Program-made: the position numbers and the translations under genes
The notes under the pieces: model-generated
The model's database searches: none
What the model saw: only the letters and a program-made list of their open reading frames with translations
What the model was told of the DNA's origin: nothing
Shown: positions 26,115 to 35,717 of the stretch, in pieces
Layout: each line of letters begins with the position of its first letter
Position numbering within the stretch: the first letter of the stretch is position 1
From: Candidatus Acidiferrales bacterium
GTDB taxonomy: Bacteria > Acidobacteriota > Terriglobia > Acidiferrales > UBA7541
Direction: 5' to 3'
Length of the DNA: 64,000 nt
Assembly: GCA_035622155.1 (NCBI GenBank)
Contig: DASPVW010000036.1
Span: 269,890-333,889 of the forward strand

Positions 26115-27035
26115 ATGCGGATCGCAAAAACGGCAAAGCACAAGCTGTCGGTCCTTCGGGTTGTCTGGCTGCCGGCGCTGCTGTTCAGCCAAGCGGCGAT
26201 GGCCGACACTCTCGAATTGAGAACCGGCCAAATCGTTCAGGGAAAGTTCCTCGGCGGCTCAGCTGCGAAGATCCGCTTCGAGGTGAACGGCCAAGAACAG
26301 AGCTTCGCCACTCAGGACGTGCTGAACATAGGCTTCAGCGAGCAAAGCGACGCCTCACGCGCGTCGAATCTTGCGCCTGAGCCGCAACTGCCTCGCGCGG
26401 CCCCATCGGATACACAGGCGGGCTCGGCGCCGCCCGTGCCCTCGGCTGCGGCGGCACCCGCTTTGACCACCTCACCAGCGCCCCGGGTCGCTCCGGTAGC
26501 AGCAGGGCCCTCTGTTACCGTGCCGGCTGGCACGACGGTTTTCGTTCGGATGATCGACGGAGTCGATTCGTCACAAAACAGGATCGGCGACACGTTTCGA
26601 GCCAGCCTGGAAAGCGCCCTGGTTGTCGGCGACATGGTAGTTGCTCCAAGGGGAGCCGACGCGTACGGCAAGCTCACACAGGTCAAAGCAGCGGGAAACA
26701 TTTCGGGCAGCGCCGAATTGACGCTTGAGCTCACGGGAATTCGCATCGGCGACAACATCGTTCCCTTGGACTCAACTGACTACGATGTGGCGGGCAAAAG
26801 CCGAGGGACTCAGAGTGCGCAACGGATTGGCGGCGCGGCAGTCATCGGGACAATCATCGGAGCGCTCGCGGGCGGCGGAAAGGGCGCCGTCATCGGTGGA
26901 GTGGCCGGCGCAGGCGCCGGAACGGCCGCGCAGGTCATGACCCACGGCCAGCAGGTCCGCGTTCCCAGCGAAACCCTGCTCGAATTTAGGCTGCAAGGGG
27001 ACGTTTCGGCGCCGCTGCCGCATGGATCGAACTAG
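26115..27035 (+). CDS. Secreted protein with Pro/Ala-rich linker and C-terminal glycine-zipper
   Basis: Start re-picked at ATG 26115 (signal peptide MRIAKTAKHKLSVLRVVWLPALLFSQAAMA). C-terminal GGAAVIGTIIGALAGGGKGAVIGGVAGAGAG glycine zipper. Confidence 0.55.
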   Translation: MRIAKTAKHKLSVLRVVWLPALLFSQAAMADTLELRTGQIVQGKFLGGSAAKIRFEVNGQEQSFATQDVLNIGFSEQSDASRASNLAPEPQLPRAAPSDTQAGSAPPVPSAAAAPALTTSPAPRVAPVAAGPSVTVPAGTTVFVRMIDGVDSSQNRIGDTFRASLESALVVGDMVVAPRGADAYGKLTQVKAAGNISGSAELTLELTGIRIGDNIVPLDSTDYDVAGKSRGTQSAQRIGGAAVIGTIIGALAGGGKGAVIGGVAGAGAGTAAQVMTHGQQVRVPSETLLEFRLQGDVSAPLPHGSN

Positions 27036-27159
27036 AAGGCGGCAGGTATCGGCAAGGTTCCCATCAGGAAACACAGCTTCCGGATTCCCTTGCACCGGCC
27101 GAAGGGTGACTCGTAAGATACCGCCTGTTGACACCGACCATACCCTCAAGGAAAGAGCG

Positions 27160-27588
27160 ATGCCCAAAGAAAAACCGAAGGTAAATATTGGCGAGGTGAT
27201 CCGCTCTTACCGCAGCGACCGCGGCCTCTCGCAGGGCGATATCGAGCGACGCACGGGTCTATTACGTTGCTATCTTTCTCGCGTTGAGAACGGCCACACC
27301 GTACCCTCGCTTGAAACGCTGGCGAAAATCGCCGAAGCCATGGAGATCAACTTGGCCGATTTTTTCCCCGGCACGGACACCCCGCAGGATCGCGAGACGC
27401 GCAAGATTCTCGGGGAGCTATCTGACGAAGAGATCCGTTTCTTGGCCGAAATCAAGCGCTACTCGACGAGCCTTTCTGACGACGATAAACGGCTTGTGCT
27501 GGCCATGATTCGCAAAATGGCCACGATCGTGCCCCCTCCGCGCAACGGCAAGTCTTCGCAGCAGTCAGGTCATCGCGCCGAAGCGTGA
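27160..27588 (+). CDS. XRE-family HTH transcriptional regulator
   Basis: Start re-picked at ATG 27160. HTH: [48 protein letters not shown]. Confidence 0.7.
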   Translation: MPKEKPKVNIGEVIRSYRSDRGLSQGDIERRTGLLRCYLSRVENGHTVPSLETLAKIAEAMEINLADFFPGTDTPQDRETRKILGELSDEEIRFLAEIKRYSTSLSDDDKRLVLAMIRKMATIVPPPRNGKSSQQSGHRAEA

Positions 27589-27707
27589 TCGATTTCCGCG
27601 TCGCCATTCCGAGCCATGTCCGGGATTTTGGCATTGTTCCCGCCGGATTTTTCTCTCCGTTCCCCGATCGTTTCGGCTGCGATACAATAGTGGAGGAAAC
27701 ACGGTTC

Positions 27708-29000
27708 ATGGAAAAGCGCCACAGAACGGTCGGGGTGAAGATCGGCAAAATCCAGGTCGGTGGTGGGGCACCCATCGTTGTACAGTCGATGACCAATACG
27801 GACACGGTCGATGCTGCCTCGACCGCACAGCAGTGCCTCGAACTGGCGCAGGCGGGCTCGGAGCTTGTGCGCGTGACGGTGAACGTGCCTGGAGCCGCTG
27901 CTGCTGTCCCGGAAATCAAGAAGCGGCTGCTCGACGCGGGTGCCGATATTCCCCTGATCGGGGACTTTCATTACAACGGCCATGTCCTGCTGACAAAATA
28001 TCCCGACTGTGCTCGGGCTCTCGATAAATATCGCATCAATCCCGGAAACGTCGGCCACGGCCAGCGCCGCGATGAGCAGTTCGCCACGATTTGCAAGGTC
28101 GCGCGCGACCAGGGCAAGCCTGTGCGGATCGGCGTCAACGGCGGCTCGCTCAATCAAGAGCTCGTCATGCGCAAAATGCAGGAAAATACGGACCGCGATC
28201 TCGGAAGAACCTCAGAAGAGATTATCAACCAGTGTATGGTTCTCTCGGCTTTGGAATCGACCGAGCTCGCGCTGGAAACCGGCCTTCGCCAAGACCAGAT
28301 CATCATCTCCTGCAAGGTGTCCCGCCCGCGCGATCTGCTGGAAATCTACCGTGACCTGGCCCGGAAGACCGAGCAGCCGCTGCATCTCGGGCTCACCGAA
28401 GCCGGTATGGGCGCCAAAGGCCTGGTCTGGTCATCCGCCTCCATGAGTATTTTGCTAGCGGAGGGGATCGGCGATACGATTCGCGTTTCCCTTACGCCGC
28501 GCCCCGGCGGCGATCGCCGCGAGGAAGTGTACGCCGCTTGCGAGCTGTTGCAGTCGCTCGGCCTGCGTACGTTTGCTCCTAGCGTCACGGCGTGCCCCGG
28601 CTGCGGTCGCACGACCAGCTCGACGTTCCAGGAACTCGCTGAAAGCATCCAGGGCTATATCCGCGACAAGATGCCGGAATGGAAGCGCGAATACGAAGGC
28701 GTCGAACAGCTAAAGCTTGCCGTGATGGGCTGCATCGTCAATGGCCCTGGAGAATCGAAGGCGGCGAACATTGGCATCAGCTTGCCCGGCACCGGCGAAG
28801 CACCCCGCTGCCCGGTTTACATCGACGGCCAGAAATTCACCACTCTCGAGGGCACCTACGACGAGCTATCGCGAGCGTTTCAGGCGCTCGTCAACGATTA
28901 TGTCGCCACACGATACGCCAAGCGTGAAACTCCTCTCACGCAAGCGGCCATGCCTTCTACGACGGCCACGCCCAAGCCACCCCTGGGCATCCTCGCTTAA
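27708..29000 (+). CDS. ispG: 4-hydroxy-3-methylbut-2-en-1-yl diphosphate synthase IspG
   Basis: Start re-picked at ATG 27708 ([33 protein letters not shown]). Fe-S ligand region CPGCGRT...GCIVNGPGE. Confidence 0.95.
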   Translation: MEKRHRTVGVKIGKIQVGGGAPIVVQSMTNTDTVDAASTAQQCLELAQAGSELVRVTVNVPGAAAAVPEIKKRLLDAGADIPLIGDFHYNGHVLLTKYPDCARALDKYRINPGNVGHGQRRDEQFATICKVARDQGKPVRIGVNGGSLNQELVMRKMQENTDRDLGRTSEEIINQCMVLSALESTELALETGLRQDQIIISCKVSRPRDLLEIYRDLARKTEQPLHLGLTEAGMGAKGLVWSSASMSILLAEGIGDTIRVSLTPRPGGDRREEVYAACELLQSLGLRTFAPSVTACPGCGRTTSSTFQELAESIQGYIRDKMPEWKREYEGVEQLKLAVMGCIVNGPGESKAANIGISLPGTGEAPRCPVYIDGQKFTTLEGTYDELSRAFQALVNDYVATRYAKRETPLTQAAMPSTTATPKPPLGILA

Positions 29001-29126
29001 ACGATCAGCTCTTCTCATCCCCCCGCGGCAAGTCGCTCGAGAATAGTTCGCCTGACTTTCCGCGCCGCGTTCTAAGATTAGGCCAGCCCACGCGAGGAAC
29101 AGCGTTAACAACGATAAAACCTAGAT

Positions 29127-32100
29127 ATGACGGAAAACTCCCACCCTTCGGCCCGGGTCCAGCTCCCGCCTCGCGACTGGCGGCGCGGTTTCTGGAGCCT
29201 CATCGTCACGCAGTTTCAGACGGGCTTCAACGACAATGGGCTGAAGTTCCTGGTCACCTACATCGTGATCGGGATGAATCTTCCGCAGGCCGAACGCGAT
29301 CGCCTGGTGCCCATCGTAGGTGCGCTGTTCGCGATCCCGTTCATTCTGTTCTCCATGACGGGAGGTTACTTTGCCGACCGTTACAGCAAGCGCTGCGTCA
29401 CCATCGGCACGAAAATCTTCGAAATCGCTGTGATGCTGTTTTTCATCGCGAGCTTGGCTCTGCGCAATCTGCCCATGCAATGCGCCGGCGTCTTCTTGAT
29501 GAGCACAGAGGGCGCTCTGTTCGGTCCCTCCAAATACGGTTTGCTGCCCGAGCTGTTGCCGGAACCGAAGCTCTCCTGGGGCAATGGCATCATTGAGTTC
29601 GGGACTTTTTTAGCGGGCATCGGCGGAACGATCGCGGCGGGCGAGCTCGCCGAACGCTATCGCGGACGCGAAGTCGTTGCCGGATTCCTCCTGACGGGCT
29701 GCTCATTCATCGGTTTGATCGCGAGTCTGGGGATATCGCGCGTACCGGCTGCCAACCCGGGGAAGAAGTTTCGTTGGAACCCTCTCGGAGATTTCTTTGC
29801 GCAAATGAAGACGATCACGGCGGATCGTGTCCTCGGCTGGGCCGTTTTTGGCAACACGTACTTATTCTTCCTCGCGGCGCTGTTGCAACTGGCGGTCATC
29901 ATTTACGGTCACGACGTGCTGCACATCGACGAAAGGCACATCACCTACCTGCAAGCCGCCATCGCTGTCGGAATCGGTTTAGGCAGTATTGCCGCTGGAT
30001 ATCTCTCTCGAGGAAAAATTGAGTATGGATTGATTCCCCTGGGCGCCATGGGGATGACGCTGTTTGGGGGACTGCTTTACTTTCGCGCTCCGGCGGAGTT
30101 CTTGGCTGGATGGTTCGACGCTTTCTCGCAAGCTTCCAGGGCTGCTTACTCTGTCGCATCGCTGGGGGCGACCTGGGCGCGCCTTCGCGTTTTTGACCTC
30201 GGACTGCTTGGTGTTTTCGGCGGACTGTTTGCCGTGCCTCTGGGTGCGCTGATTCAGCACCGCCCGCGGCCAGAGCAAAAAGGCGGTGTGATCGCCGCAG
30301 CGAACCTGGTCTCGTTCGTCGGCATCGCCTTTGCTTCGCTTGCCTACTACGTCTTCACGAACTGGTTTCATCAGACGGCAGCAGGAATCTTTCTCGACGG
30401 CGCGATTCTGACTTTGGTCACCACAGTTTTTTCGATTTGGCTGCTCCCGGATTCGCTCCTGCGTTTCGTGCTGTGGGCGGCGACTTCTTCGATCTACCGG
30501 ATTCGCGTCGAGGGTCGCGGAAACATTCCCGAAACTGGCGGTGCACTGTTCGTTTCGAATCACGTGTCGTTCGTCGATGCCCTCTTGCTGATCGCCTCGA
30601 CGGACCGGTCCATCCGCTTCCTGCTGTTCCAAGACATCTACGACCTGCCTTACGTCAAACCGTTTGCGAAGATGATCGGCGCGATTCCCATCTCCTCCGA
30701 GCAGCGACCGCGCGAAATGATTCATTCGCTGCGCGAAGCGACCAACGCCCTTCAGAGAGGAGACGTTGTCTGCATCTTCGCCGAAGGGCAGATCACACGC
30801 ACCGGGCAGCTGCTCCCGTTCCGCCGTGGCATGGAGCGCATTGTGAAAGGGGTCGATGTGCCGATTGTCCCGGTTAGCATTGATGGGGCCTGGGGCAGTA
30901 TCTTCAGCTTCGAACGCGGCCGTTTTCTCTGGAAGCTGCCGCGCACCATTCCTTATCCCGTGACCATCAGCTTTGGTACGCCATTGCCGCCGACGGCGGC
31001 GCCCTTTGAAGTGCGCCGGGCCGTACAGGCCTTGCAGAGCGAAGCCTATGGCCATCGCAGAACCTGCTTGCATACGCTCCATCGCTCCTTGGTCCGTGCG
31101 GCTCATCGCCACCCATTTCGCTTCGCCATGGGCGACAAGCGACGCCCGCATGTGGTCACTGGCCAGGTGTTGCTCGGCGCGATCTTTCTAGCCCGCCGTC
31201 TGCGGCGAACCTGGGCCGGCCAGGAAACGGTTGGGGTTCTGCTGCCTCCTTCCGTCCCCGGCGCCCTCGTCAATTTTGCCGCCACGCTATCGGGAAAGAT
31301 TCCTGTAAATCTCAACTACACAGCATCGGATCAGATGCTGGCCTCGTGCGTGGCTCAGTGCAACATTCAGACGATCATCACGACGAGGCTGCTTTTGGAA
31401 AAAATTCCGCTGAAACTACCTGGAAGGGTTCTGCTGCTGGAAGAAATCGCCGCCGGTCACAGTCTGGCAGAACGGATCGCGGCACTTCTTCTTTGGTTTC
31501 TGCCGAGCGCGCGGCTCGAACAGAGGCTAGGCGACGGGAGAACGCGCCGTCTGGATGACCTCGCCACCATCATCTTCTCCAGCGGCAGCACAGGAGATCC
31601 CAAGGGCGTGATGCTGACGCACTACAACATCGCATCCAACATCGAACAGATGGGCCAGACCTTCCTGCTCGGCCGCAAAGACGTCTTACTCGGCGTCCTG
31701 CCATTTTTTCACTCCTTCGGTTTTACGGTGACGCTCTGGCTGCCGCCTGTTCTCGGCGTCGGCGCCGTCTACCACCCGAGTCCGCTCGATCTGGCTGCCA
31801 TCGGAGAACTGGTGCGCCACTATCGCGTGACGTTTCTGTTGGCCACGCCGACATTCCTGGAGGCTTATCTGCGACGCTGTTCGCCGGAGGATTTCGGCAG
31901 CCTCGAATTTGTTCTCGTGGGAGCGGAGAAATTGTCCGAACACTTGGCACTCCGGTTCGAGGAACGCTTTGGCATCCGTCCCCTGGAAGGCTATGGCACA
32001 ACGGAATGCTCGCCTGTGGTGGCGGTGAACACGAAGGACTTTCGCGCGCCCGGCTTCCGCCAGGTGGGCGCCAAGCGTGGCTCCATAGGTCAGCCCCTCC

Positions 32101-32672
32101 CTGGCATCAGCGTGCGCATCGTGGATCCAGAGACCAGCGAGCCGGTTCGGCAAGGCCAACCCGGTTTGCTCGTCGTGCGAGGACCGAATGTAATGCAAGG
32201 TTATTTAGGTAAGCCCGAGCAAACCAAAGAGGTCTTGCGGGAGGGTTGGTACAGCACGGGCGATGTGGCTATGGAGGACGAGGATGGTTTTCTGACCATC
32301 ACTGATCGGCTGAGCCGATTCAGCAAAATCGGCGGCGAGATGGTACCGCACATCCAGGTTGAAGAACAGCTGCATCGCCTCGCGGGTGCGAGCGAGCAAA
32401 AATTGGTCGTGACGGCCGTACCGGACGCGAAAAAAGGCGAACGACTCGTCGTGCTTCACACCCTGGAGGGGAACGAACTGAAACCCGTGTTCGAAAATCT
32501 ATCACACTCGGGTCTGCCGAACCTCTGGATTCCCCGTCCCAACCAGTTTTTCTTTGTCGAGGAGCTTCCCCACCTCGGCACAGGCAAGCTGGACCTGCGC
32601 CGCATCCGTGAGCTCGCCCTGGGATTTTCTTCTGGCGAGAAAAACGATGGCCCGTCAAATGCGCCCCGCTAG
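29127..32672 (+). CDS. aas: Tri-functional fusion: LplT-like MFS lysophospholipid transporter + PlsC-type acyltransferase + acyl-ACP synthetase (Aas)
   Basis: 1181 aa. About 430 aa of MFS with 12 TM, then an acyltransferase HxxxxD box (NHVSFVD), then an AMP-binding domain (IIFSSGSTGDPKGV, GYGTTE, TGD...D, GGEM). Confidence 0.85.
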   Translation: MTENSHPSARVQLPPRDWRRGFWSLIVTQFQTGFNDNGLKFLVTYIVIGMNLPQAERDRLVPIVGALFAIPFILFSMTGGYFADRYSKRCVTIGTKIFEIAVMLFFIASLALRNLPMQCAGVFLMSTEGALFGPSKYGLLPELLPEPKLSWGNGIIEFGTFLAGIGGTIAAGELAERYRGREVVAGFLLTGCSFIGLIASLGISRVPAANPGKKFRWNPLGDFFAQMKTITADRVLGWAVFGNTYLFFLAALLQLAVIIYGHDVLHIDERHITYLQAAIAVGIGLGSIAAGYLSRGKIEYGLIPLGAMGMTLFGGLLYFRAPAEFLAGWFDAFSQASRAAYSVASLGATWARLRVFDLGLLGVFGGLFAVPLGALIQHRPRPEQKGGVIAAANLVSFVGIAFASLAYYVFTNWFHQTAAGIFLDGAILTLVTTVFSIWLLPDSLLRFVLWAATSSIYRIRVEGRGNIPETGGALFVSNHVSFVDALLLIASTDRSIRFLLFQDIYDLPYVKPFAKMIGAIPISSEQRPREMIHSLREATNALQRGDVVCIFAEGQITRTGQLLPFRRGMERIVKGVDVPIVPVSIDGAWGSIFSFERGRFLWKLPRTIPYPVTISFGTPLPPTAAPFEVRRAVQALQSEAYGHRRTCLHTLHRSLVRAAHRHPFRFAMGDKRRPHVVTGQVLLGAIFLARRLRRTWAGQETVGVLLPPSVPGALVNFAATLSGKIPVNLNYTASDQMLASCVAQCNIQTIITTRLLLEKIPLKLPGRVLLLEEIAAGHSLAERIAALLLWFLPSARLEQRLGDGRTRRLDDLATIIFSSGSTGDPKGVMLTHYNIASNIEQMGQTFLLGRKDVLLGVLPFFHSFGFTVTLWLPPVLGVGAVYHPSPLDLAAIGELVRHYRVTFLLATPTFLEAYLRRCSPEDFGSLEFVLVGAEKLSEHLALRFEERFGIRPLEGYGTTECSPVVAVNTKDFRAPGFRQVGAKRGSIGQPLPGISVRIVDPETSEPVRQGQPGLLVVRGPNVMQGYLGKPEQTKEVLREGWYSTGDVAMEDEDGFLTITDRLSRFSKIGGEMVPHIQVEEQLHRLAGASEQKLVVTAVPDAKKGERLVVLHTLEGNELKPVFENLSHSGLPNLWIPRPNQFFFVEELPHLGTGKLDLRRIRELALGFSSGEKNDGPSNAPR

Positions 32673-33742
32673 AAAAGCCCCATCTTGATGTGGAGGAATT
32701 TCTTCGGGTTCTGACGGAAATCGTTGATCAGCAAGCGCATATCGCCGGTCAGTCCTGTCAAATTGTCGTAAAGCTGGGGATCGTTGAAGAATTTTCCCAT
32801 CGTGCCCTGATTGGAATTGAGCTTGGCGGTAGCGTCGCGGATGTTGGCCGAGGCATCCCGCAGATTCGCGTAGAGCGTGTCATCGGTGACAAGCTTACCG
32901 AGCGTCCCTTTGCCTCCGCGTACGTCGCCCAGCAGTCCATTGCTTTTTTGCGCGACGCCTTTGATCTCGTCATACGCGCTCGGGTCGTAAATGAGCTTCC
33001 CAAGCGAGCCTTTTTGCTGGCGGACAGCCGTGGTCACGTCATGGACGTCACCGATCGTCGCGTCCACCTTCTGGTAAAGCTCATCAGAGCGGAGAAGCTT
33101 GCCGGCCGTTCCTTGCCCTTGCTGGACCGACGTCATGATCGCGTTGAGTTTCGCCGCCGTGTCGTTGAGATTGTTATAGATCGACGGATCGCTTATGAGT
33201 TTGCCGAGCGTGCCATGGCCGTTCTCGATCTGATTCACGACCTGCTGCACGTCCCCAGTGAGCTCGTTGAGTCTTTGCATAAGGTCGGCGCTTCCCTCGA
33301 CGACTTGCTGGATGGCCTTCGGTTCTGCGCTCTTAATTTCTCCGTTGGCGGGAATCACCGACCCGGTGATGCCGCGACTGATGGTCACGTAGCGGTCTCC
33401 CAGGAGCCCCTGTGTGGCCAGACTCGCGGTGGAATCGGTCCGGATCTCGTTTTGGTACCGTTTGTCAATCTGAAGAGCCATCGTGACGCTGTGCATGCGG
33501 TCTTTGGCATTACGATTCAGGCTGAGTGACTGGACGTTACCGATCTCGATGCCGTCGAGGTCGACCGGCGCTCCCGACTTGAGTGACTCCACCTCAGGCA
33601 GATACACATACAACCGGTACTTCGGTCCAAGAAACCCCACGCCGGTCACATAGAACGTCGCCACCATGATCAAGAAGAGAGATGCCAGCACGAACACTCC
33701 CACTCGCAGCTCTGCCCACGTCAATTGTTTGCGTTGCGCCAT
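32669..33742 (-). CDS. mlaD: MlaD/MCE-family lipid transport substrate-binding protein with long repeat-containing C-terminus
   Basis: N-terminal TM plus an MCE domain (YRLYVYLPEVESLKSGAPVDLDGIEIGNV), then five tandem 34-aa repeats. Confidence 0.8.
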   Translation of the reverse strand: MAQRKQLTWAELRVGVFVLASLFLIMVATFYVTGVGFLGPKYRLYVYLPEVESLKSGAPVDLDGIEIGNVQSLSLNRNAKDRMHSVTMALQIDKRYQNEIRTDSTASLATQGLLGDRYVTISRGITGSVIPANGEIKSAEPKAIQQVVEGSADLMQRLNELTGDVQQVVNQIENGHGTLGKLISDPSIYNNLNDTAAKLNAIMTSVQQGQGTAGKLLRSDELYQKVDATIGDVHDVTTAVRQQKGSLGKLIYDPSAYDEIKGVAQKSNGLLGDVRGGKGTLGKLVTDDTLYANLRDASANIRDATAKLNSNQGTMGKFFNDPQLYDNLTGLTGDMRLLINDFRQNPKKFLHIKMGLF

Positions 33743-33778
33743 CGCCTTTGCTCCTCCGTCGTGCCGTAGTCGAGAATG

Positions 33779-34669
33779 TCACTCCGCAGATGCCAAAAAC
33801 GTTTTCAGATAGTTGTCCGGGGAATACAGAAACTGCTCCGACGTTCCCTCAAAATAAATTTGTCCCTCACGAAGGACCAGGAGGTTGGTCGGCGGGGGGC
33901 TCGAGCCTTCGCCATGGCGCTCCCGAATCCCGGAGGAGGGACTGGTTGGATCGAGGCGTAGGACGCGGCCAGTCTGGCTGTCGAAGCAAAAGCGCGCCAG
34001 GCCAAAGGCATCCTGAACGCGTTGCGTGGCGAGCATCGACGTCACACCCTGCAAGTCGCGTCCCCGCAAGATCAGCGTGATGATGGTTTGCGAGGTCACT
34101 GGATCAAGACCTGCCGTCGGCGAATCATAAAACACGAGCGGGGGCCGGTCCACCAAGGCGCGTGCGATCGAAACGCGCCGGCGCATGCCACCGGAGAGCT
34201 CGCCCGGATACTTCTCGATCGCTGGTTCCATTTCGACAAAGTGCAAGGCCTCGCGCACGCGCGTCTGGATTTCTCGCTCTTCGGTGTGTTCTTCTCGCAG
34301 ACGAAAGGCCACATTTTCGGCGACGGTGAGTGAATCAAACAGCGCACTCTCTTGAAACACAAACCCGATGTGTCGTCGGAAATCCAGCAGCTCTGTTTCC
34401 GACATGGCCCCGAGATCCTGTCCCATCACCCAGATGCGGCCCTCGTCCGGGCGGAGCAGGCCGGCGGCCAGTTTCATGATCAACGTCTTGCCCGAGCCAC
34501 TCTCTCCTAGCAGAATCTTGGTTTCCGCCGGCCAGACTTCAAAGGAAATTCCGGCGAGCACGTCTCCGGTGTCGAAGCCGATGTGGACATCTTTAAAGGT
34601 AATGAGCGGTTCGCCCGGAACAAGCGTCGCGGTTTTTCGCGGCGGCGCCAGGCGGGCCAGAGACGTCAT
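33779..34669 (-). CDS. mlaF: ABC transporter ATP-binding protein MlaF-like
   Basis: Walker A GESGSGKT, signature LSGGMRRR and Walker B LVFYDSPT. Has a C-terminal extension of about 50 aa. Confidence 0.85.
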   Translation of the reverse strand: MTSLARLAPPRKTATLVPGEPLITFKDVHIGFDTGDVLAGISFEVWPAETKILLGESGSGKTLIMKLAAGLLRPDEGRIWVMGQDLGAMSETELLDFRRHIGFVFQESALFDSLTVAENVAFRLREEHTEEREIQTRVREALHFVEMEPAIEKYPGELSGGMRRRVSIARALVDRPPLVFYDSPTAGLDPVTSQTIITLILRGRDLQGVTSMLATQRVQDAFGLARFCFDSQTGRVLRLDPTSPSSGIRERHGEGSSPPPTNLLVLREGQIYFEGTSEQFLYSPDNYLKTFLASAE

Positions 34670-34733
34670 GCCCGGATTATAGATGGAAAGTGGGACGAGG
34701 CAGAGAGCACGTTTGGGGGGACATCGAGGCCCA

Positions 34734-35594
34734 TCACTTTTGGAAAAGGTAGAGCAAGATCTTCGCGAGGAAAAGATCGATGATGAGCATCCACACCGAT
34801 GAGACCACGACGGCCGAAGTCGTCGCTCTGCCCACGCCCTCGGTCCCGCCCGTTACCCGCAACCCTTTGTAACAGGCAATCGTGGAAATGATAAAACCGA
34901 AGATCAGCGGCTTCACGGTTCCCTGTACCAGATCCCCGAAATCGAGAACGTTGATCGCACGCGTCCAGAACTGAACGGCGCCGAGCCGCAGTGTGAAATA
35001 GGCCACAATGAAACCACCAACCAGTCCCACGAAGTCGGCCACAGCGACCAACAGCGGCATCACCAAAACCATCGCCACGACGCGCGGCGTAACCAGTTTA
35101 CGGGTGGGATCGGTGCCCAAGGCGCGCATCGCGTCCACCTGCTCGGTGACGATCATCGAGCCGATTTCCGAGGCGATTCCCGACGCGTTGCGTCCGGCAA
35201 CCAGCAGCGCCGTGATGGCCGGCCCCAGCTCGCGGACCAGCGCCAACGACACGGCATCTCCTGTTGTCGCCGTTTCACCGAAACGTTGAAACTCCGCCGC
35301 CGTTTGCAGCACCAGGACGCCGCCAATCGAAAGGAAGGCCACGACGACGATCAGCAGCGAACCGACGCCAATTAAGTCCATCTGCTCCAGGGTGTCGGAC
35401 CAGTAGGTGGGAGGGGTGACGATGTTGGCGACGGCCTGCGCCGAAAGCAACGCGTACTGCTGTACACCTAGGACTTGGCGTTTGAGGCCGTCCCCGATAG
35501 CCGACAGGAGCGATGGAGTTTCGCTGGGATCAGGCATCGTTGCGACGCGGACCACCGAGGACGAACCGCATCGTGGAAAGCGTAGCGTTCGCAT
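34734..35594 (-). CDS. mlaE: ABC transporter permease MlaE-like
   Basis: Typical MlaE/YrbE pattern (GVGSLLIVV..., REL.PAITALLVAGRNASGIASEIGSM.VTEQVDAM). Alternative start at ATG 35537. Confidence 0.85.
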   Translation of the reverse strand: MRTLRFPRCGSSSVVRVATMPDPSETPSLLSAIGDGLKRQVLGVQQYALLSAQAVANIVTPPTYWSDTLEQMDLIGVGSLLIVVVAFLSIGGVLVLQTAAEFQRFGETATTGDAVSLALVRELGPAITALLVAGRNASGIASEIGSMIVTEQVDAMRALGTDPTRKLVTPRVVAMVLVMPLLVAVADFVGLVGGFIVAYFTLRLGAVQFWTRAINVLDFGDLVQGTVKPLIFGFIISTIACYKGLRVTGGTEGVGRATTSAVVVSSVWMLIIDLFLAKILLYLFQK

Positions 35595-35717
35595 TGTATC
35601 GCGTCAAGCCGACCTGAAAAGCACTTTCGCGAAAGCCAAACCGCTCGCGGCCTTTACGGGTAGGGAGGTGTCCGGTAAAATCCTTCGTTTGTCCCGAAGC
35701 ACCAGGCGCCAACCAGC

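Noticed and set aside
15966-27000. A genomic island integrated at tRNA-Leu and extending into the accessory-looking 20.8-27.6 kb region.
   Set aside because: There is no integrase, recombinase or transposase anywhere in the window. The core NAD operon lies between the tRNA and the atypical genes. No direct repeat of the tRNA 3' end was spotted by eye, though that was not an exhaustive search.
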